This document shows positions 1 to 8,517 of a stretch of 34,238 nucleotides of DNA, one piece after another. The notes beneath the pieces were generated by a model, which did no database searches, had not been told where the DNA came from, and was given only the letters and a program-made list of their open reading frames with translations. Every line of letters begins with the position of its first letter. Within the stretch, counting starts at the first letter, position 1. The translations under genes and the position numbers were made by a program. This DNA comes from a virus (lineage: Duplodnaviria; Caudoviricetes), in IMG/VR virus record IMGVR_UViG_3300031949_000117, positions 1 to 34,238 of that record; one strand, written 5' to 3'.

Positions 1-1296
1 GTAGTGCAGTCGGCAACTACGCGCCAGGTTACACTTAGTCAAATTGGCACCTGGATTCTTCAGACCTTCGCGGGCTTCACCCAATCCGGCACCGGGGCAG
101 TGACGAGGACGGTGCAGAATAAGGCGCAGGAGAGTGTAAGCGTATTCGACTGGATGACAGCCGCGCAAATTGCGGATGCTCAATCCGGAACTCCAGTGAT
201 AGATTTGTCCACTCAAATTCAGAAAGCACATGATGAGTGCGCCTTGGGAGCGGATTTGGTATTCCCTGGTATCTTCCTAATCGGAACCAAGATTACTCAC
301 TCTCGCAATGTGCGATTCGTTTTTCCTGGAAAACGTGCAGTAACGGCGACTGATCTACCTGGCTCTTATTTGCTGAAGAAAAGCACCATGACGACCGCTG
401 CCGTTGATATTACGGTCAATGGAGCTACGTGGTCTGGTGGTGGAGTTCTGGGGCAAGCCGGGAATACTGGCGATGGAATCGTAGTTCTCGCTAACAATGT
501 GATTCTCGATCAGGTAATGGGGAATCTGATGGGGAACGACGGTATCCGCATTGGCGCTGATGCCGACGGCACAAATTCAAACGCCTTCCTGCTGATTAAG
601 CCGGTTGCCTCTTTCAATGGTAGACGCGGAATTTATGTGCATGATGGAGGAGCGAGTGTTGATGCAAACGCAGGGGTTCTTCTTCTGCCTTTCGTGCAGT
701 CCAACGGAGAGGATGGCCTGCGTTTCGAGAGCGCTAGATTGAACACCATCATTGGCCCCTTAGCGGAAGCTAACACCGGAGTCGGAATACGCGAAGCATC
801 TGGCGCAAAGAATAACACTTATATTGGCGGTGACTCAGAAGCCAACACGGGGCAAGACATACAAATTGATTCTGGGGCACAGTTCACCCAGATTTTCGGA
901 ACAACGCCAGCCTCCTTAAGCAAATATACGGACAACGGCGCGAATACCTTGTACTTGACTGCTCAATACGCGATTCGTCTGCGCGGGAGTCATGGCGCGA
1001 ACGTCGCAACTGCAAATAATTTGACGCTTGGAAATGGAAACTTTTTCCAGCTAACTGGCACGACACAGGTAAACCTAATTAATATCACAGGATGGGTGGG
1101 CGGAGACATTGTGCGACTGCTGTGCGCCGGAGGTGCTGTCACGATCAAAAATGGCTTTGCTACCTCCGGGAGTTTCCAGCCGATTTATACAGCGACCGGA
1201 GCAGATTATGTATCAGGTGCTGCTGGTCTAGGAGTTCTTACATTGCTATTTGATGACGCTATACAAGCGTGGCGCGAAGTCTCGCGTGTCGGATGA
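1..1296 (+). CDS. Tail spike/tail fibre with pectin-lyase-like beta-helix (5' truncated by window edge)
   Basis: FTQSGTGAVTRTVQNKAQESVSVFDW is typical of tailspike neck regions. Recurring G/N-rich beta-helix motifs follow (GNTGDGIVV, GNDGIRI, NGRRGIYV, NGEDGLRF, NTGVGIRE). Frame is open to the window start; lies just before the lysis cassette. Confidence 0.8.
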   Translation, partial: VVQSATTRQVTLSQIGTWILQTFAGFTQSGTGAVTRTVQNKAQESVSVFDWMTAAQIADAQSGTPVIDLSTQIQKAHDECALGADLVFPGIFLIGTKITHSRNVRFVFPGKRAVTATDLPGSYLLKKSTMTTAAVDITVNGATWSGGGVLGQAGNTGDGIVVLANNVILDQVMGNLMGNDGIRIGADADGTNSNAFLLIKPVASFNGRRGIYVHDGGASVDANAGVLLLPFVQSNGEDGLRFESARLNTIIGPLAEANTGVGIREASGAKNNTYIGGDSEANTGQDIQIDSGAQFTQIFGTTPASLSKYTDNGANTLYLTAQYAIRLRGSHGANVATANNLTLGNGNFFQLTGTTQVNLINITGWVGGDIVRLLCAGGAVTIKNGFATSGSFQPIYTATGADYVSGAAGLGVLTLLFDDAIQAWREVSRVG

Positions 1297-1327
1297 TGAC
1301 CCTCCTTGACTACTCCGGGCAGGTGAG

Positions 1328-1630
1328 ATGAGCGAACAAGCCGAACCGAACTGCGGACTGGAGGGTGCTGATGGCGACCCTGTTCAGGTCGGCCGCTTCA
1401 ACCGCTGGCTGGCGATGGGCATGCGGCACCACTTGATTCCGATGAAGGCGGAGGTCAGTGCGACACGCAAGGAACTCTCTGAGCACATCTTCGAGGATAA
1501 GCTGATGCAAGCACAGATTCTCGGGGGGATTCGGGTGCTGAGATGGATGCTTCCACTTCTCGCTATAGTCGTGCCGGCGATTCTAATCTTCATTCTTTAC
1601 TTAATGCACAAGGGAGGAATTGTGTTATGA
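1328..1630 (+). CDS. Membrane protein with C-terminal TM helix, holin/antiholin candidate
   Basis: RBS AGGTGAG; hydrophobic WMLPLLAIVVPAILIFILYLM; first gene of lysis cassette. Confidence 0.5.
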   Translation: MSEQAEPNCGLEGADGDPVQVGRFNRWLAMGMRHHLIPMKAEVSATRKELSEHIFEDKLMQAQILGGIRVLRWMLPLLAIVVPAILIFILYLMHKGGIVL

Positions 1631-1989
1631 GTGATGAGCGACGTATTGGTGAACGAGGGGTTGCTGCAACAGCGGCTACCACCGTCAGGATAACTAGTCG
1701 TTCGTTCTGGCACTGGTTTGAGAGTCACCACATTGATAGTCTAGGAGTGATAGTAGTTACGCTCTGGCTCACAGTCCGTGTAGTGGATTGGATGCTTGAC
1801 TTCCCCTACGATCTGGAGACTAAGTTGACCGGCGCCGAGAAAGCAATGATCCTCGGCGCAGTGCTGACGCCCTGGGGAATCATGCAGGGGCTGATGTTCA
1901 AGTTCTACGTTGACCTGAAAGGCAGAAATGGAGCAGCGTATATAGTAGCGCCTGCACCAGCAGCACCAGTAATACCTCCAATAACCTGA
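1627..1989 (+). CDS. Two-TM membrane protein, holin candidate
   Basis: ATG 1627 overlaps the upstream stop (ATGA) with GGAGG RBS; two hydrophobic segments (LGVIVVTLWLTV, AMILGAVLTPWGIM); upstream of endolysin. Confidence 0.5.
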   Translation: MSDERRIGERGVAATAATTVRITSRSFWHWFESHHIDSLGVIVVTLWLTVRVVDWMLDFPYDLETKLTGAEKAMILGAVLTPWGIMQGLMFKFYVDLKGRNGAAYIVAPAPAAPVIPPIT

Positions 1990-2001
1990 AAGGAGAGTTC
2001 T

Positions 2002-2409
2002 GTGGAATCGTTCTTTCGTATCCTGATCGTGACGTTTGTATCCCTCGTCTGGGGCCTGATGCTGTTTGGCCTGGCAAGGCCGGCCTTCGCCTGGGATGAT
2101 GATGGACCCAGTCCGACACCTGCTGTAACGGCCGCTCAGGCCCAAGAACCTGACCGCCACCAGCAGAACCTCTGGGGTGGAACAGCCTTCGGTGCGCTTG
2201 CTGTGACCGCTTACTCCAAGTCTGACCACCCCACGCTCTACGCCATCGGGACAGGAGTAGCGGCCGCGGCGGCGGTAGAGACAGCGCAGCCTGGAGGATT
2301 CAATGGTAAGAACTTCCGTTATGCTGTAGGCGGGGTCGTGCTGGGGGCGGGGGCTACTGGTCTCGTATTCGGCAAGCGGTTCTTCGGCTGGCGGACGACG
2401 TTCAAGTGA
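2002..2409 (+). CDS. Hypothetical secreted/membrane protein with Gly/Ala-rich helices
   Basis: AAGGAG RBS, GTG start, N-terminal hydrophobic segment ending AFA, glycine-zipper-like segments. Confidence 0.55.
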   Translation: MESFFRILIVTFVSLVWGLMLFGLARPAFAWDDDGPSPTPAVTAAQAQEPDRHQQNLWGGTAFGALAVTAYSKSDHPTLYAIGTGVAAAAAVETAQPGGFNGKNFRYAVGGVVLGAGATGLVFGKRFFGWRTTFK

Positions 2410-2843
2410 TTACGCTTACCGCCTACTGGATGGGCCGCGATGCTACTTATGCAGCGGAATTAACTGAGGAGATAAATCGAAATGCTCAAGTCACTGTGGC
2501 GAAGTGTAATGAATTACTTGTCCGCGCAGGACGTTCCGACCTCGACTCGGTTCGTAGCGGATGGCGTCCGCAAGGTGTTAACGATGCTACTCGGAACGCT
2601 GCAGCAAGCAGCCGCCACCTTACCGCCCAGGCTGTTGATTTGCCTGACAGCGATCGTGCTCTTGCTGAATGGTGCGTGGATAATCTGGACGTTCTAGACG
2701 AAATAGGACTCTGGATGGAAGACCCCCGCTGGACGCCGACCTGGGTGCATCTGCAGACTATCCCACCGAAGTCTGGCCGGCGAGTCTACGTGCCCTCGGC
2801 GGCCCCAGCACTTGATCCTGACTTTAAGGTAACCTGGACATGA
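2406..2843 (+). CDS. Endolysin, peptidase M15 family
   Basis: SGWR, SRHLTAQAVD (HxxxxAxD) and WVHLQ zinc-peptidase motifs; located between holin candidates and spanins. Confidence 0.85.
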   Translation: MITLTAYWMGRDATYAAELTEEINRNAQVTVAKCNELLVRAGRSDLDSVRSGWRPQGVNDATRNAAASSRHLTAQAVDLPDSDRALAEWCVDNLDVLDEIGLWMEDPRWTPTWVHLQTIPPKSGRRVYVPSAAPALDPDFKVTWT

Positions 2844-3313
2844 ACCCACTTCAGATTATTTCCGGTGTAGTCAGCGTCGCCATTCTGAGCGCGATGGGAT
2901 GGTATGTCTGGCAGTGCGAAGAGGCCAAGGACTTCAAGGACAAGGCTGTCATGCTTGCTGAGAAAGCCAGAGATGACGCAATCGTAACGATAGCGCTCTA
3001 TCGCAAATCAAAGGAGAATGCCGATGCTGAACTCAAGAAACTTCGTGTTGATAACCGTTCTCTTTCTGAGCGGCTGTCCGGCGAGCGTGCCCGTAGCCGT
3101 TCCCTGTCCGCCCTTGCCGCCCGTGCCCCAAGTCCTGAACGAGCCTGCTTCAAAGGAGCCATCCTTGACTCAGCAATTGCACGACTCATTGATGAGACAT
3201 CAGAAACGAACGCAGAGCTTGATCGAGAACTATCTCAAATCGTTGGACTCGGCCAAGACGCAGTAATGGGGCTAGACGTAGCGAAAGCCTGGACTCAATC
3301 ACTTCCGCGCTGA
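2840..3313 (+). CDS. Rz: Inner-membrane spanin (Rz-like)
   Basis: N-terminal TM helix then coiled coil; follows endolysin; contains an embedded lipoprotein ORF. Confidence 0.8.
   Translation: MNPLQIISGVVSVAILSAMGWYVWQCEEAKDFKDKAVMLAEKARDDAIVTIALYRKSKENADAELKKLRVDNRSLSERLSGERARSRSLSALAARAPSPERACFKGAILDSAIARLIDETSETNAELDRELSQIVGLGQDAVMGLDVAKAWTQSLPR
3018..3266 (+). CDS. Rz1: Outer-membrane lipoprotein spanin (Rz1-like), embedded in Rz in the +1 frame
   Basis: AAGGAG RBS; signal peptide with lipobox LSGC; proline-rich PCPPLPPVP. Confidence 0.8.
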   Translation: MPMLNSRNFVLITVLFLSGCPASVPVAVPCPPLPPVPQVLNEPASKEPSLTQQLHDSLMRHQKRTQSLIENYLKSLDSAKTQ

Positions 3314-3333
3314 GCGGGCCAGGGCTAGGAAGG

Positions 3334-3780
3334 AAGGTCAAAACCGTCGGTAGGGCAAGGCCCTCGCTTCATGCGAGGAAAGCGTCGGCAACCTGGAAAA
3401 TCCAGGGCCAGTGGTATTGCAAGGCCGCCGCTTTGAGGAGACTCAGTAATGGCTGGTTATAAACAGTCGATGAAGGTTCGTAAGGTCCGTGAGCGAAGAG
3501 CCTGACCTGTCTGGGCCAACCTGAAGCTAATGAGGGAATTCTACATCCTGGCCGAGAAGTGTAGAGAGCTTAGGGTAAATGTGCAGGTAGATCATGAAGT
3601 GCCGCTACAGCACCCGCTTGTTTGTGGTCTTGACTGCGAGTTCAACTACAGGCTAATTACTGTTGAGCAGAATAGAGCAAAGCACAACAGGTTCGAGGTT
3701 TAGAGGCACCGGCGTTTCCTCACAGCGACGCGGCGGCCTCCCAACTATCTCCTGACTGTCGCGTAGTTGCTTTTGACCTT
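3334..3780. repeat. Nested inverted repeats enclosing the HNH pseudogene
   Basis: AAGGTCAAAA 3334-3343 / TTTTGACCTT 3771-3780; AGGCCGCCG 3422-3430 / CGGCGGCCT 3731-3739; CTTTGAGGAGAC 3431-3442 / GTTTCCTCACAG 3714-3725 (one mismatch, one G-U). Confidence 0.75.
3449..3703 (+). pseudogene. HNH endonuclease interrupted by an in-frame TGA
   Basis: GAGGAG RBS, ATG 3449. Translation MAGYKQSMKVRKVRERRA*PVWANL...VQVDHEVPLQHPLVCGLDCEFNYRLITVEQNRAKHNRFEV; TGA at 3503-3505; DHxxPL...CGL...N...N.xK pattern. Confidence 0.75.
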
Positions 3781-3810
3781 AGCGACGCCCTTGCGTCGCA
3801 ATGGATCAGC

Positions 3811-4020
3811 TCAAAACAAGCGACCCTTCAGGCAGTTCTCCCGCTTCTCGCAGCTGAGGCAGTTGTCCTTGAAGGCCATCTTGTGATATCTGATTGCCCG
3901 GTCACTAACACCCAAGCGAGCAGCTATTAGGCCAGTTCGCTTATATGTTTTGAAGAACGCGTATAAGCAGCAGTAGCCTAAGCCTTCTACTACTAACTTT
4001 TTAACAGTTACTCTTGCCAT
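3811..4020 (-). CDS. Small HTH-like, Cys-rich protein (putative regulator)
   Basis: ATG 4020; IAARLGVSDRAIRY is HTH-like; cysteines CC and C..C.....C. Confidence 0.55.
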   Translation of the reverse strand: MARVTVKKLVVEGLGYCCLYAFFKTYKRTGLIAARLGVSDRAIRYHKMAFKDNCLSCEKRENCLKGRLF

Positions 4021-4415
4021 CTTTTGCCTTCTAATATATCTGCTATTGTCTGCTGACTGCAATTGAATCTTCTGGCTAGGCTAGCCTTGAGTCCGTATCT
4101 TCGTCGCTCCAGCTTGTATAGTCTTCGTATTTCTCTAGCCTGCTCTAGACTTAATACTGTTGTGGACCTTCCACGAATATTGTCTCTAAGAGTAGTCCAG
4201 CGACAGTTTTCTCTGCTGTATCCTTTGTTATTGTCTATTCTGTCTAGTGTCATTCCTTTTGGACACTCCCTCATATCCTCAAAGAACTCTTTAAAGTTTT
4301 CCCAGCGCAATTCATATCTTATGTCGAGAGCTCCATACCATTTATAGTTAGGAGCTCTTGGGTTATTACACCTCTGCTTCATCAAGCACCAGGCATTATA
4401 GGTTCTTGTGCTCAT
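4008..4415 (-). CDS. HNH-type homing endonuclease-like protein with C-terminal HTH
   Basis: TYNAW..MKQRCNNP..YKWYG...MTLDRIDNNKGYSRENCRW signature; C-terminal LARRFNCSQQTIADIL; more AT-rich than neighbours. Confidence 0.8.
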   Translation of the reverse strand: MSTRTYNAWCLMKQRCNNPRAPNYKWYGALDIRYELRWENFKEFFEDMRECPKGMTLDRIDNNKGYSRENCRWTTLRDNIRGRSTTVLSLEQAREIRRLYKLERRRYGLKASLARRFNCSQQTIADILEGKRWQE

Positions 4416-5692
4416 ATGTTACTGTCCTTTATACTGGTTTCGGAGGTTGGAAGTCCATTATGCGGCGATAATGGGCGTTTATGATCAGCAGCCTTGAGGC
4501 AGAATCCACCGGCGCTGTTGTTGACTAGCAGCAGCTGCCCTGAGCGGATTGCTCCATCTAGCATCCCTTCGAAGTCGCGGAAGTCCGGGAAGTGTGTATG
4601 GACCAGGCGGTAGGCCTGTTCATAGGGAACTATTCCCTGCCGCCGGATAACCTCGATAAACTTCTCAGCTTGCACTGATTGCACAGTGCGGCCTATCTGC
4701 GAGAATACTTTATCGAGGGAACCCTCGACGTGCTTTAGCATCTCGTTAGAGAGCTGAAGTTCCTCTTCGGTGATGATCAGTTCGTCCTTGTGTGAAGCGC
4801 TCAGCACCATAGCTATCTTGTGCATATGGGTCTGCTTCCGCGCGATGTAGCCCATTAGCTTATCATCACTGTAGTGCTCTTTGGCTCCAGTCCAGAGCTC
4901 TTCATACCAGCGCTTGCCCCAAACCTTGGCCGCCGAGGTTATCTTGAAGGGGCCGACGAGCGTGACTGCCATATGCTCGAGGTCGTGAACGAGCGCATCT
5001 CGGACGACCTTGTGAGCGCGTTTGTCCTTGATACCATCCTCGGGGTAGGCGACTAGCTTCTCCTTCTCGTCACCGTAGAGGAAGATGATCCGAGAGATCA
5101 GCCCGCCGCCCAGGGCACTCTGCGGCACGTTGTCAGCTATCCAGGAGGGCGTGGTTGCTCCCATCAGGTTTATCCAGGGAGACTCCACTCGGTCGTCACC
5201 TGACATCTTCGTAACCTTCTCGTAGAGCGGAGCGCCATCGTAGAGTTCAATGAAGAGATTTACTAGATCCTGATCGCGGGGATTCAGCAGCGAACCTAGC
5301 TCGCGGGAGACTAGCGTGATCGCTGACATTGGCCTCTGATCGCCAGAGCCGACTGGGTATTCGAAGAATTCGGAGGCCTTTGCGAAGGAGGTCGCTAGGG
5401 CCTGCCAAGTTATGTTATTCGGCCCGAAGTGAACGAGGCCGCTAGGCAGCTCGCGAAGGAGACTACTGGAGAGGTCGGTTGTGGTGCTCTTGGTCAGGAC
5501 GCCCGGCGGCCCTACGAAGATAATATACAGCGAGGGAGTCCAACTGAATTGGTCCTGGTCAATCCAGACCCGGCGGCGAAGGGTGCTGGCGATTGCACTG
5601 ATACCGGACCAGGAGCGCAGGAGGCGTGGAGCTTCCATATGCTCAGTGTAGTCCAAAAACGCCGAAAGCCAATCATCCAACAGCCGGGCCAT
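4412..5692 (-). CDS. DUF3987-like P-loop NTPase (putative replicative helicase)
   Basis: LYIIFVGPPGVLTKST Walker A variant; ELGSLL, ELYDG, NLMGATTP, GGLISRIIF motifs; downstream of polymerase. Confidence 0.7.
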   Translation of the reverse strand: MARLLDDWLSAFLDYTEHMEAPRLLRSWSGISAIASTLRRRVWIDQDQFSWTPSLYIIFVGPPGVLTKSTTTDLSSSLLRELPSGLVHFGPNNITWQALATSFAKASEFFEYPVGSGDQRPMSAITLVSRELGSLLNPRDQDLVNLFIELYDGAPLYEKVTKMSGDDRVESPWINLMGATTPSWIADNVPQSALGGGLISRIIFLYGDEKEKLVAYPEDGIKDKRAHKVVRDALVHDLEHMAVTLVGPFKITSAAKVWGKRWYEELWTGAKEHYSDDKLMGYIARKQTHMHKIAMVLSASHKDELIITEEELQLSNEMLKHVEGSLDKVFSQIGRTVQSVQAEKFIEVIRRQGIVPYEQAYRLVHTHFPDFRDFEGMLDGAIRSGQLLLVNNSAGGFCLKAADHKRPLSPHNGLPTSETSIKDSNI

Positions 5693-5864
5693 CTTCGCTC
5701 CTGGGAGGCTTTTCTAGGGCTGTGCGCTGTTCTGCCGCTTTAGTTATCAGCTCCAGTCGGTTAGCAATCGCCGTAGCGTCTTCCCAGGGAAGCTTGTATT
5801 CCTCCTGCAGAACTCTCATTCTGCGCATGAAGCGGCGCTGCTTATCAGTCAGCGCGAATATCAT
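5673..5864 (-). CDS. Hypothetical protein
   Basis: ATG overlaps the polymerase stop (TAATG) and the ORF fills the gap to the next gene. Confidence 0.5.
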   Translation of the reverse strand: MIFALTDKQRRFMRRMRVLQEEYKLPWEDATAIANRLELITKAAEQRTALEKPPRSEDGPAVG

Positions 5865-8425
5865 TAGGCGGCTCCCCAATTTAAGTTGGACGTTCCTACA
5901 GTAAAGGGGATTATGAGAGGGTCTGAGTAAGGGACTACTATCCGGGATAGCTCGAGAATTCGTTTGACTGCCCAGTCTTTCTGATGAGTAGGAAATTGAC
6001 CGGCGAGAGAGTCGTGGACCTGCAGCAGGGTTTCTACCACAGCTGGCTGGTGCATCAGCTTATACATATGCTCTGGTGAAAGATCCCACTCTGGTTCAGG
6101 AACTCCCTGGAAGATACTCATCCAGATCTTATTGATGATGATAGAAACAGTAGACTGAGGAATCCACGCTACCGCCTCCGGCATAACCTGATCATCAATC
6201 CTGTCGAATATATACCAGCGATAGCCGAAGCTGTTCTCTACATATCGACGCTTCTTAACCTCGTCGATCACGCGGTCTTGCCATTGCTTGATGCCTTTGT
6301 AGGTGCCGAGATAGATTGCCTGCGCGCGCTCGGTTTCATGGATAGTCCGTCCAGTGTGGGCCGCGACGGTTCTGGCCTTGCCGAGATAGTCCGTAGCGTG
6401 GCAGAAGACTTTAGAGAACTCCCGCTTGTGCTTCCGCGGCTCGCGGTGGCTCCAGTATTTCGGGTGAGTCTCTACTAGTTCCTCTAGCGGAGGCGGATCT
6501 TTTCCATCCAGGACGTAGACGTTCAGCAGGTGGATGTCTACGCCCTTACGAATAGCCGCCTTGAGTAGCTTGTCGTCGGCGTCCCAGGCCATTACGGTCA
6601 GGTCGGCCCGATCTAAGTCTCCGTTGAAGAAAGTGAATCCGTGGTCTGGCCCGAACATAGAGCGGAGATTAGGGAGCTGATAGGGATCTCCAATCATCGA
6701 GAAGTGTTGGCGTTGGCTCCATTTGCCAACGGACTTAGATTTCTCTGAGGGAATCGTTTGCAGGTTAGCCCCTGATCCAAAGGGATTCTTGGAGGAGGAT
6801 AGCCGGTAAGTCTTCGGGGCCGACTTCCCACTTTCCGAGCCGCCGATGTTAAAGCTGCACCGCATCCGGCCATCGTGGTCACGCTTAGCCATCACAAAGT
6901 CACCAAGGAACTTTCCTAGGGTTCGCAGGTCGGCCACGCAGCTAGTGATTGGGCGAAGCAAGGGCTCCCTCTCTCCAATCCTTCGCAGTGCGTCGTCGTC
7001 GCAGGTGGGGTGAGCAGGCTGTCCCTTTTTTGCCCTAGTCATAATGACCTGCTGTTGTAGGTCCTCGTAGAACAGCGCCATCATTTGCTTTGGGGAGTCA
7101 ATGTTAATGACGTAGCCGAGGACCTCCTTGAGGAACTCTTCTCGAAGGGAAATCTGGTCCTGAATCTCGCCGGCCAAGCTCGCGGCGTTCTCTTCGATTA
7201 CGCGGATTCCCCTCAGCATCGCGCGGAGGACCGGCCAGAACATGGCTTGCTGGAACTGATGAACGCGCTGGAGATTAAGCTTCTCTACAACGCTGGTCTC
7301 AACCTCTCCGACTTCGCGGGTGTAGATGCAGTCTAAGCAATTATACTTCCATCGTGTCTCCGGAGCCATCTTCGGGTTCCAGTGCTTCCCTTCATCCTTC
7401 CAGTAGACATACCACTCGGCGTAGGTGGAAGCTTGGAAAGCCAAGCTCTTCGGTAGATCGGAGAAGATTGTGTGCTGGCTTATCATGGTATCCTGGCCGC
7501 CGCGAGGAACGAAGTGCCACCAGCGATGAACATATTGTGCATCATACAAACCATTCTGCCAGCGAACCTTAGCCTTCAAGTGGGTCGTAACTTTATACAT
7601 CAAGTAGAGAATCTGGGTTTCTTCCTCCAGTGACCAGTAGCCTTCCCTTCCATCATAGCTCATTATAGGAACGCAGATTGCATCGAGCCGTGACCAGGAT
7701 AGACTGAAACATTCGATATGCCCGCCGCGAGTCTCGATATCGAAGTCGAGCCAGGTTTCTTCTCCCGCTTCTAGTCGTCGGTGGAGGGTGCTGAGAACAT
7801 CAATGACCTGGCTGAAGTTTGGCCGGATGATAAAGTTCCACTTGGGCGGGTGGTATTCTCTGGAGTCAAGGTGCTTCGCGGCCCGGCGAAGGTCGTTGAG
7901 GACTGAAGCACGCTGCGACCACTCGCGGAGGACAGAGGCGGGGTGGATGGTAGGAATTAGCTTAAGACCAAGTTCTCTTACTCCAGCTCCTTGAATGACT
8001 TCAGCTTTGAGCTGCGATCCTCGCCACTTTAAGATGCCCCAATGCCCTGTCAACGCCCATAAGGCGGTATTACCGAAGGCCACAATAAGGTTAGGCTGGA
8101 CCATTTCTATCTCAGCCATAAGCTGATGATAGCCTTCCCACACGACTGGAAGCACTTTCTTATCTCGCATCCAGACGTGCTGCGGAGTCACGCCCTTCTT
8201 CTTCATCGCTATCCACGCACCCAGATCATTCCCTGGCGGTCTGTGATTCACCAGGTTAGTGACGAAGCATTCCGAACGCAGAATACCTGCTTCGTGAAGC
8301 ATCCGGTTGAGTTCCTGCCCTGACGCGCCGACAAAAGGAATCCCCTCGCGCTCTTCGTCAGCGCCCCAAGCTTCTCCAACGAGCATTATGCGAGCGGGTA
8401 TAGGCCCGTCGCCGCGGTGAGGCAC
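5864..8425 (-). CDS. polA: Family A DNA polymerase with N-terminal uracil-DNA-glycosylase-like domain and 3'-5' exonuclease
   Basis: UDG family-4-like IMLVGEAWGADEEREGIPFVGASG, IVAFGNTA, PTIHPASVLR; exonuclease FDIET, QNGLYD, YNCLD; polymerase TYRLSS, NLQTIP, motif A DLDRAD, motif B REFSKVFCHATDYLG, motif C QVHDS. Confidence 0.93.
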   Translation of the reverse strand: MPHRGDGPIPARIMLVGEAWGADEEREGIPFVGASGQELNRMLHEAGILRSECFVTNLVNHRPPGNDLGAWIAMKKKGVTPQHVWMRDKKVLPVVWEGYHQLMAEIEMVQPNLIVAFGNTALWALTGHWGILKWRGSQLKAEVIQGAGVRELGLKLIPTIHPASVLREWSQRASVLNDLRRAAKHLDSREYHPPKWNFIIRPNFSQVIDVLSTLHRRLEAGEETWLDFDIETRGGHIECFSLSWSRLDAICVPIMSYDGREGYWSLEEETQILYLMYKVTTHLKAKVRWQNGLYDAQYVHRWWHFVPRGGQDTMISQHTIFSDLPKSLAFQASTYAEWYVYWKDEGKHWNPKMAPETRWKYNCLDCIYTREVGEVETSVVEKLNLQRVHQFQQAMFWPVLRAMLRGIRVIEENAASLAGEIQDQISLREEFLKEVLGYVINIDSPKQMMALFYEDLQQQVIMTRAKKGQPAHPTCDDDALRRIGEREPLLRPITSCVADLRTLGKFLGDFVMAKRDHDGRMRCSFNIGGSESGKSAPKTYRLSSSKNPFGSGANLQTIPSEKSKSVGKWSQRQHFSMIGDPYQLPNLRSMFGPDHGFTFFNGDLDRADLTVMAWDADDKLLKAAIRKGVDIHLLNVYVLDGKDPPPLEELVETHPKYWSHREPRKHKREFSKVFCHATDYLGKARTVAAHTGRTIHETERAQAIYLGTYKGIKQWQDRVIDEVKKRRYVENSFGYRWYIFDRIDDQVMPEAVAWIPQSTVSIIINKIWMSIFQGVPEPEWDLSPEHMYKLMHQPAVVETLLQVHDSLAGQFPTHQKDWAVKRILELSRIVVPYSDPLIIPFTVGTSNLNWGAA

Positions 8426-8517
8426 TACCTTCTCCAGATAACCAACAGGACCCCAGCAAGAAGTCCAAGTATAGCGCCCATGAGTTCAGCTATAATCATT
8501 TCCCAGGAAGGAGCCAT
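8425..8517 (-). CDS. 30-aa single-TM peptide (below ORF-track cutoff)
   Basis: MAPSWEMIIAELMGAILGLLAGVLLVIWRR; start overlaps the MazG stop (TGATG), stop overlaps the polymerase GTG (TAGTG). Confidence 0.55.
   Translation of the reverse strand: MAPSWEMIIAELMGAILGLLAGVLLVIWRR

Noticed and set aside
3360-3400. RNase P RNA-like GAGGAAAG after a hairpin
   Set aside because: Continues GCGTCGG rather than the conserved GUCC, and no matching 3' P4 strand was found.
3503-3545. Selenocysteine or genome-wide TGA recoding in the HNH ORF
   Set aside because: No evident SECIS-like hairpin after the TGA; TGA is used as a normal stop with ATGA/TGATG overlaps throughout the window.
3334-3800. Group I intron or IscB/omegaRNA call
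   Set aside because: No interrupted host gene, no recognisable P7 GACUA/UAGUC core, and the ORF is only 84 codons with no RuvC motifs.
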